Shown here: one piece after another, positions 55,980-64,000 of the stretch
How positions within the stretch are numbered: the stretch's first letter is position 1
How the letters are laid out: each line of letters starts with the position of its first letter
Assembly (NCBI GenBank): GCA_951406725.2
Contig: OX597814.1
Location: forward strand, 212,784,001-212,848,000
Reading direction: 5' to 3'
DNA length: 64,000 nucleotides
Origin: Octopus vulgaris
Taxonomy: Eukaryota
Notes under the pieces: generated by a model
What the model saw: only the letters and a program-made list of their open reading frames with translations
Databases searched by the model: none
Told to the model about the DNA's origin: nothing
Position numbers and translations under genes: made by a program

Positions 55980-57000
55980 ACTTAGAATTGTCCTATAGTG
56001 TATATAATTAGTATATTCTTGATTTTAGAAAAGCGTCTCTAAAGTTTTGTCATTTTCGTATTCTCTTTTCTTTTCCATAACCCAAATCCCAAACTAAATA
56101 TAAAATAAATTGTAATGGGACATTAGCATAATATATGCTTAATTAATTGTTTATTTCATTATGAAATTTTTGTCACATGATTTTTAAATTCTTTGTTATG
56201 TTTGGCTTTAGTTTAACCTTGTTATCGTATCCAAATTTTTAATAGATTTTTATGTTATACTGTTTAAAATAATTTTATTGCCAATTTTAAAACCATAACT
56301 TGTTAATTCAACAATAGCATATTGATTATTTTCCTTGATATTAGCAAGTCAAATTTCAAATACATTTTTTGAATACAGTTATACCGTTGCAGGACAGCAA
56401 TTATCTTAATTAAAATTTCTGAACACAACTAGTGTAACGCAAAGATAAATCGTTGCTTTCAAATGAAAAATGAAAGTCAATGTGGTAGAATTAATTCACT
56501 TCTTTTATACACACACTGAACCAGTGCGATTGCAACGGGGTTACCTTTTATACTCGAAACTAACGATTTTCCTTTACAATATTAAAATGGAAATTCATTT
56601 GTAATAAATGTTGCACCAAACTTTTCTTGTAAGTGGAAGAAGGATTTAGGAATATATTTTACATATGGTTATTTTCAAGAATACAAAGGATCTGGTTTTA
56701 AAGAAAGTAGATTCAATATGTCGCCTAGTTTAATACATTGTCTAACAAATGTAGGCCTTTAGTGGCTTCCAATCTTTTGCAACCATTTGGGTCAGTTAAA
56801 AGTCTCTGCATAGATTCTTCTTCTATCACACCATCAGACACCAATCTCAGTCATTGTCAGTATTCGTCTTTTACTTAAGACGGTATGTTTAAACATATCA
56901 ATATATGAACACCATACTTATTCACTGCTATCATCGTTCCAATGAAGCAGCACCCATTTATTCATAGCATTTTTACCGTCTTTCAGAATAAAAGGACACT
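55980..57000 (-). pseudogene. decayed Toll-like receptor fragment
   Basis: ILENNH/VKYIPKSFFHLQEK (56621-62); SIKGNP (56537-54)/CN/WFSV; FKIGNKIILNSI..SIKN. Confidence 0.5.
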
Positions 57001-58016
57001 GGATAATATAATCCAAGACAGAGAATAGCATAATCTTTATCTAGTCAAAAGAGAAGATATGACCACAATTTGAATTGTTCAGATCACAGTTCTGCTTCCC
57101 CATAAATGACATTGGTTAAACAACTGCTGATTATATCTTCATAGTGGGGTTATACATGTTTATAACTGCAACCAATACAGAGCTAGTTTATCGTCAGTTC
57201 AAGTAACCACTTTCGCAAATATAATCGGTCAAATGTTCACATTTGCATTGTATATAATGTGTTTAATGTTATTACGATGTATCTATTTGGATAATTGTAA
57301 TTTATGTAAAAGTTAAAGTGTTAAACCTCTGTCAGTTTGGAAAGCTTATTAAATTTAATCATAGCATTAAATAAATCGATCATACATAATAGAACGATAA
57401 TATTTTGCTTTAGATAAATCCTGTAAGAGGTAATCTAAAATAATTTCTAAACTTGGCACGAAGCCACACATTTCTAAAGGAGAAGCAGATTCGATGATAT
57501 CAATTAAGTAATACCTCTAACAACCAGAATCAACAGGACTTCATTTTAGCTTACCAGTGAAAGGTACGTAAATGAACCCTAAAACTGAATTAATTTTTTT
57601 CCGCTACCCAAGCGCTGAAAGAAATATAGACCACTTAATTTCAATAATTAGAATAATTAAGGAGTAAAGATTCAATAATTTCTATGCAAACAACTATGTT
57701 GTTTTTTTGTTAATTATATGGAATATATTTTATACACTTTTGTACTTTCAAAGCAAATTTTGTAAAACCTTATACATATATGTTTCAAGAAACGAATATT
57801 CCGAATACATGCTATTATTATTATTATTATTATTATTATTACTTTTTTTTTCTTCTTTCAAATTTTCTTCCATTTCTTGCCGAGTGTCTTCCCGACTCCT
57901 AGGGCAAAGAAACTCATAGTGTATATTGGTAGGCCATTAAACCAAACTCAGTAGTTCGTTCATTTTTTTTTTTTTTTTTTTAAAGTTAAATTAAAATACA
58001 TGAGCAGCAACAGTTC

Positions 58017-59612
58017 TCACATCGACAATGCTCTTCTCAATACGTGTGATGTACCAGTTAAGACAATCTTTTGCACTTCTTGCAGGGATGGTAAGCCAGG
58101 GATCATTCTCATATAATTTTCGGTTCCCTTCTTGATCATTCCTAGTGCTCCTACGATCACTGGTATTGTAACCGCCTTGAGATGCCACATTTTCTCAATT
58201 TCAATGAGTAGGTCTTTATATTTTCTGAGCTTGTCAAACTCTTTCGCTGAGATATTATGATCACAGGGGATGCTCATGTCGATCAATAAGCAAACTTTAT
58301 TGTTTTGGTCTTTCTCAACAATATCTGGTTTATTGGCCTTGATGGTTCGGTCTGTATGTACTGGAAAGTCCCACAGAATCGTTACATTTTCTCCTTCAGT
58401 TACAGCCTCAGGGTGGTGATTATACCACTTGTCGGCAGTTTTGATATTGTAATGCCGACTTATTAGCCAGTGGAGATATTGGCCAACTCTGTCATGTCTT
58501 AATTTATACTCCACTGGTGCTAAGACTTTACATCCAGAGATTAGGTGGTCCACTGTTTCAATCATGTCGTTGCAGAATCGGCATTTTGGGTCTGCTCCAT
58601 TTTTCATCACATTGGCCTGGTAGTTCCGGGTTAATAGGCTTTGGTCTTGAGCAGCCAGGATGAAACCTTCGCTCTCTGCTTTTAGCCCTGAGCTCCGCAG
58701 CCACTGATGGGTTTGCTTCTGGTCAACATCAGCTTGTTTGCTGCGGGTCACATATTTGCCGTGCAGAGGTTTCTCCTCCCACCTATCAGCCAATTGCTCG
58801 TGCGCTTTTTTCATTGCCATTATTTTCACCTTCTTTGCAACAATAGTTGCCGTACTTCCCTCGGGTTGTTCAGTTTGGGTATCCTGCACGAGATCAATAG
58901 CAAATTTTTTGCTTTCCTTGATGATAGAATGAAGCTTCTTTCGTCTCTCGTGATTTTCCACGAGCTTTAGCATCCAGTCATTCGATATTTCGAGATATTT
59001 GGCCAGTCCAATTGTGGTTGTTTTGTAAGCTAGTTCAAATTGGATCAGGCCTCGACCTCCTTGGGCTCTGGGAAGGTAAAGGCGATCTACGTCTGCCTTT
59101 GGGTGGTGCATCCTATTACAACTCAGCAGCTTGCGTATTTTTCTATCTATATTCTTTACTTCACTCATATTCCAGTTCAACACATTGTAGCTATAAGTAA
59201 CAACTGGAACTGCTAAGGAATTTATAGCTAACACCTTGTTACATGCATTTAGTTCAGATTTCAGGACTGCACGAACTCTCCTATAACATTCCTTCCTGAT
59301 TTTCTCTTTCATGCTTGCATGCTGAATACCAGAGCCTTCATTTATCCCTAAATATTTGTATGTCTGTTCTTGCTCAAGCTCTCTTATGACTGTGTCAACA
59401 TCTAACACGACTGAATTTGTGGTCTTCACTTTCCCTTTCTGGAAAGTGGCCTTGGCACACTTCTCAAGTCCAAACTCCATCCCGATGTCATCGCTGAATG
59501 CTTTCACGGTGCGCAATAGGCCTTCAAGTTCATTATTGTCTTTACCATAAAGTTTTAAGTCATCCATATAAAATAGAGGGCTTATTTTTTTTATTGGCAA
59601 TTTTATACCCAT
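58017..59612 (-). CDS. R4/Dong ORF C-terminal part (YMDD, thumb, CCHC, PD..D nuclease)
   Basis: FYMDDLKLY, GGRGL, CRFC...ET..H..SGC, RHD, KPDI..IDMSIP..K..KY. Confidence 0.9.
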   Translation of the reverse strand: MGIKLPIKKISPLFYMDDLKLYGKDNNELEGLLRTVKAFSDDIGMEFGLEKCAKATFQKGKVKTTNSVVLDVDTVIRELEQEQTYKYLGINEGSGIQHASMKEKIRKECYRRVRAVLKSELNACNKVLAINSLAVPVVTYSYNVLNWNMSEVKNIDRKIRKLLSCNRMHHPKADVDRLYLPRAQGGRGLIQFELAYKTTTIGLAKYLEISNDWMLKLVENHERRKKLHSIIKESKKFAIDLVQDTQTEQPEGSTATIVAKKVKIMAMKKAHEQLADRWEEKPLHGKYVTRSKQADVDQKQTHQWLRSSGLKAESEGFILAAQDQSLLTRNYQANVMKNGADPKCRFCNDMIETVDHLISGCKVLAPVEYKLRHDRVGQYLHWLISRHYNIKTADKWYNHHPEAVTEGENVTILWDFPVHTDRTIKANKPDIVEKDQNNKVCLLIDMSIPCDHNISAKEFDKLRKYKDLLIEIEKMWHLKAVTIPVIVGALGMIKKGTENYMRMIPGLPSLQEVQKIVLTGTSHVLRRALSM

Positions 59613-59629
59613 ACCCTGTTCTGTTTAAT

Positions 59630-61177
59630 TCACTTGTAAGGGGGTATTAGGGCTATGCAGAATATTAAAGGTGAAAGTGAGTCACCTTGAAAAATTCCAC
59701 AGTTGATGTTTATATTTTCTGAGGCAAGTACTCCATTAGAGTGGTATAATTGGAGATTCGTATTCCACAACGACATATTGTGCTTCAGGAAGTTTGAAAT
59801 CACAGGGGAAATTTTAAAGATGTCCAGCGATCTCAAGATCCATGGATGCAGTATACTGTCGAAGGCCTTTTTATAGTCAATCCATGCGGTGCTGAGATTT
59901 CTGCGCTTGTTGTGACAGTTCTCAAGGATCATACGATTGATTAGCAGTTGATCTTTGCATCCGTAACAGCCTCGGCGGCACCCTTTTTGTTCAGTGGGGA
60001 AAATATCGTTCTTCTCCATGAATGCATATGTTTTCTCCGCCAGGATAGATGTTAGGATTTTATACGTGGTGGATAGACAGGTTATAGGCCGATAGTTTTT
60101 TGGAAGGTTGGTTTCGTTATTCTTTGGGAGTAGGTAAGTAATGCCACTTGCTAACCATTCAGGTGTTTTCTTTGGGTCTCTCAAAATTCCATTGAGCAGC
60201 TGAACTAGCTTACCGTGCGCGCACGGGAGCGATGCGAGCCAGAAATTCGGCACCCTATCTTTACCGGAGGATTTCCAATTATGGGCCTTCGTGAGTGCCT
60301 TTCTTAGGTCTGCTATTGTGATGTCTTCCCATGCTTGTTGTTGTAAATTTTGGTAGGATCCTTCAGTTTGTATAATCCAGTCTGCATTTATGTTGTACGT
60401 CTTCTTGTCACTCCAAATCCTTTCCCAAAAGTTTTGAACTTCTTCCATGGGAGGGGGGTCTTTAACGGTTACTTTCTCCTTCCCTATTTCTCTGTAGAAT
60501 TTTTTGGCATTGGATGTGAACAGCTTATTTTGCTTGTAAAACTTGTTTCTCTTCTCAAATCTTCGTATTCTTTGGGCTTTTGCTTGGACTTTTTGTTTCA
60601 GCGTTTCTTTTATTGATATCAGTTCTTCTCTTGGTGAGGATCCAAATTTTCTCTTCATCTTTCTTCCTGTTCTGGATCTTACATCATTTCCACATATTAG
60701 TTCATTTAATATTGATATTTCCCCTCTCATAAATTCAATCTCTTTTTCAATTTTACTTCTCCAGGTTTGATTTCTTCCCAGGTTTTGTTTTCTTTGTTTT
60801 TTCGGGGGCATACAGCTGGTTTCAATTGCCCTAGCAGAAGCGTAAGTAATTTCATTTAACTCAGTAAAATCAGGTTTTAATTCTCGTATTATTTCATTTG
60901 TTACATAGTTGCCAATTTGGATTTGTTTTTTATTTTGGTTTGTATTTGAGAGTTTATGAAGCTGTTCTCTATCATTCATACTTGTATGTCTTACAACTTC
61001 AAGCGTATTCAGGATTTTCTGCCTCATTTCTGCCATAGACTCTCTGTGTTCTTCAGCAAATGCGAGATCTTCAGTTACTGTTGTTTTTTCGTTTTCCTGG
61101 CTATCTTTAACAGGTACAATAAGGATTTCTTGTATCTTCAGGCCTTTGCGTACTTTGGTCAGATGGCAGTCTTTCAA
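59630..61177 (-). CDS. R4/Dong ORF central part (RT domains 0-4)
   Basis: NYRPITCL, EQKG, WIDYKKAFDS, GIFQGDSLSP. Confidence 0.9.
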   Translation of the reverse strand: MKDCHLTKVRKGLKIQEILIVPVKDSQENEKTTVTEDLAFAEEHRESMAEMRQKILNTLEVVRHTSMNDREQLHKLSNTNQNKKQIQIGNYVTNEIIRELKPDFTELNEITYASARAIETSCMPPKKQRKQNLGRNQTWRSKIEKEIEFMRGEISILNELICGNDVRSRTGRKMKRKFGSSPREELISIKETLKQKVQAKAQRIRRFEKRNKFYKQNKLFTSNAKKFYREIGKEKVTVKDPPPMEEVQNFWERIWSDKKTYNINADWIIQTEGSYQNLQQQAWEDITIADLRKALTKAHNWKSSGKDRVPNFWLASLPCAHGKLVQLLNGILRDPKKTPEWLASGITYLLPKNNETNLPKNYRPITCLSTTYKILTSILAEKTYAFMEKNDIFPTEQKGCRRGCYGCKDQLLINRMILENCHNKRRNLSTAWIDYKKAFDSILHPWILRSLDIFKISPVISNFLKHNMSLWNTNLQLYHSNGVLASENININCGIFQGDSLSPLIFCIALIPPYK

Positions 61178-61709
61178 TTAAGCCTCGTGACGGGCTATAC
61201 TGTTCATCTGATTCTTCATTTCCTTTGTGTCTTATATTTATGTCATTTTCCGTTGCGTGCTTGATCGCACTTATTTCACTGTCTGTGAGTCTGTTATTTC
61301 TAAAGATATCCCTCCTCACATTTGCTAATTTGTTCTCGTCCAAATAGGGCCTACTGTCTTGATTCCGTGTTCTCCATATACTGTAAGAGTTTGCGGTGTG
61401 TCTCTCTTCAGATGGCCTACCTAATGCATAGTAATAAGCGTATATTACTTCTTTATACTCTTCTCGGGTCCATTTGTTCCGCTTACATTTTTCTTTCTGT
61501 GGTGGTTGTGGTGGTGAACTTGGAGGGCTCGAGTTGGGGGATTTCCCGTTCAAGTGACCATCTATGTCCGTATTCGGAGAAGAGTTTGTGCCAGTTGATG
61601 ACTTTTCGATCCCAGGCTGGCTCTTCCCTGGGGGACGCGCTTCCAGATTAACCATAGGACAAGCGATTTGGTATACTGATTTAGTTTTCCTTTTAGTTTC
61701 CAAAAACAT
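61107..61709 (-). CDS. R4/Dong ORF N-terminal part
   Basis: R.KWTREE...VI..YY and LAN.RR.I..NNRL...EI. Confidence 0.8.
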   Translation of the reverse strand: MFLETKRKTKSVYQIACPMVNLEARPPGKSQPGIEKSSTGTNSSPNTDIDGHLNGKSPNSSPPSSPPQPPQKEKCKRNKWTREEYKEVIYAYYYALGRPSEERHTANSYSIWRTRNQDSRPYLDENKLANVRRDIFRNNRLTDSEISAIKHATENDINIRHKGNEESDEQYSPSRGLIERLPSDQSTQRPEDTRNPYCTC

Positions 61710-62285
61710 TTTGGTGCTACGATAATGTTATCATTTTTTAGCTTTGATTGGCTCGTGGGGATTATAATTGCCGTTACAATTATAATCGTACCCTTATAGC
61801 AGCCGTAGTCGGCTTATTATTGTTATTATCTTCACCATTACCATCACTATCATCATTATCACCACCATTACCATCATCATTATCATCATCACCATCACCA
61901 TCACCACCATCATCATCAATGATATTGTTTTATGTGTAGTCACAGCAGTATCTTATTATTGCTATTTTTGTTTTTTATCATTATCACCATCACAGTAGTG
62001 TCTGTCTGTCTCGTTGGCTGGCTTGGTGGTTGGCTGGCTGACTGTCTTCAATGCCAGAGTTCTTGCCTGTCAAATAATACTTTCATATTTGGTTAACAAT
62101 AGAGCCGAGGTGAGGTTTGTGTGTGTGTGTGTAGATAGATAGATAGAATATCAGCACTATTACTATCTTTTTTTTTTTTTTTTTGTGGGGTCAAAAAAAG
62201 TTCAGATGTTTACTACTATTAACCTTAAGAAAAATTAAGGAAGGGCTGTTCTGTATTGTTTGTGAATAGAGAAGTTGTGTTCGAA

Positions 62286-62324
<39 letters not shown>

Positions 62325-62399
62325 GTTGTTGTTGTTGTTGTTGTTGTTATAGTTGTTGTTGCTGTTGCTATTGTTATTAGTATTGATATTACTGTTGAA

Positions 62400-63150
62400 A
62401 AGGCGGCCGAGCTGTCAGAATCGTTAGCAAGCTAGACGAAAAGTTTTGCGGCATGTCGCCCGTCATTACGTTCTGAATTCAAATTCCGCCGAAGTACCAG
62501 TAAAATACTGGAGTCGATGTAATGATTTATTCCCCCCTTACCCCACCAAGCTGACCCTGTCGCAAAAATTTGAAATTATTATTATTATTGTTGTTGTTAC
62601 TATTGAAAAGGCGGCGGGCGAAATCCATAGCTTTATTTAGCCTGGAGCTACGTCCTGAGTTCAAATTCCGCCGAGATCGACTTTGCCTTTCAGCTCTGCC
62701 TTTCAACCCTAAATTAAATACCAGTGAAACACTGGAGTCGACATAATCGACCCCGAAATTTCAGGCTTTGTGCCTTTTGTAAAAGGGATTGTTATTATTA
62801 CGGAAGTCATCCAGATGGAAGAGTCGTTACCACTCCGGACAAAATTCTTAACAGCATTTCGTCTGTCTTTACGTTCTGATGTCAAATTTCATCCTATAGG
62901 GGTCTATAAGATAAATATAAAGAATTATTATTATTATTATTGTAGCTGAATCTTTAGCAAGCCAGACAAAATGCTTAGAGGTATTTCTTCTGACCTTATG
63001 CTGCGAGTTCAAATTTCACCGAGGTCGAGTTCACTATTCATCCTTTCGACGTATTTAAAATATAGTGCCAATCACATACCAGGATCGATCTAATCGACTT
63101 CCACCAATTCCCAAAAACTACTGGCCCTGTATCAAAATGTGAAACTATTT
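62400..63150 (+). mobile_element. head-to-tail array of 4-5 decayed family C SINEs separated by (ATT)n
   Basis: Repeated TTCAAATT(C/T)C(G/A)CCGA and GTCGA motifs. Confidence 0.7.
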
Positions 63151-63429
63151 TTATTATATATGGGGCACTGTTTTTTAACTTCGAATATTCAATGAAGGCT
63201 TAGTCTCCCCTTTCATGAGCAGTGGGTTTTATTCGCTAGAATTGATAAGTGGCAATCTCCGAATCAGATTTTAATCAATCGGTTTTATCCGTCAAGAATG
63301 CACCCATTCATAAATTTTGATTGTTTAGCGTTAGACTACATGCTGCGAAAATTATAGGTATTGAAGTGTTTCCTGTTCGAATTTTGACATAGAAAGGCCG
63401 TATTAGTACATGGTATTGTTGATAAATAG

Positions 63430-63666
63430 GGCGGCGAGCTGGCAGAAACGTTAGCATGCCGGGCGAAATGCTTAGCGGTATTTCGTCTGCGTTACGTTGT
63501 GAGGTCAAATTCCGCCGAGGTCGACTTTGCCTTTCATCCTTTCGGGGTCGATAAATTAAGTACCAGTTACGCACTGGGGTCGATGCAATCGACTTAATAC
63601 CTATGTCTGTCCTTGTTTGTCCGCTCTGTGTTTAGCTCCTTGTGGGTAATAAAGAAATAGGTATTG
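63430..63666 (+). mobile_element. SINE family C
   Basis: Near-identical to 39582-39812. Confidence 0.9.
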
Positions 63667-64000
63667 TTGATAAATTTGAAGGTGCGAGGCATTATAAGTC
63701 GACGTATTTTACAACATAAACGAGGTTTACTAAATAGTGATAAGGCCAAGCTTTAACGGCAGAGAATCAATGGAATTTCAGGACATCATCTGGGAAACAT
63801 ATCCTTCTGGAGCGGCAGAATCGGTAGCTGGCGGAATGCTCTAGAACAAGGCTGGAACAAAATCGGAAGGAAAGTTGTAACTTTCACTTAAGAAATGAAT
63901 TGCAAGAAAGCTGTAACTGAAGAGAGGACAGCAAAGTTGCATGCTCACTCTTTGTGATATATTGACTTTACAGAATTTTCTTCAGCATATACATGCACGT

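Larger units (their letters stand above)
57813..61815 (-). mobile_element. R4/Dong-clade non-LTR retrotransposon, near full length
   Basis: Single frameshifted ORF with RT, CCHC and RLE domains; (TAA)n at the 3' end and TAA-like repeats at the 5' flank. Confidence 0.9.

Overview
AT-rich, microsatellite-saturated animal DNA, most likely an octopus/cephalopod (inferred from the tRNA-derived SINE families and the (TA)n/(TACA)n density). No intact host protein-coding gene is visible, and most of the ORF track is translated microsatellite. Recognisable mobile DNA: a near full-length R4/Dong-type RLE LINE (57.8-61.8 kb), CR1, RTE and Penelope (GIY-YIG) fragments, Tc1/mariner relics, hAT- and piggyBac-like MITEs and three SINE families. 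Two layers are not shown by the ORF track. (1) About 16 type-I hammerhead-ribozyme motifs from roughly 8 unrelated repeat families, mostly inserted in (TA)n tracts. They include C3-G8, G3-C8 and U3-A8 core variants, long helix-II extensions, and tandem ~500-nt monomers bounded by two ribozymes (Penelope pLTR / retrozyme-like). (2) Most of the non-repetitive spacers translate, across stops and frameshifts, into LRR - LRRCT - TM - TIR pieces, suggesting a decayed cluster of 6-8 Toll-like receptor pseudogenes. All assignments come from manual reading and folding; no searches were run.
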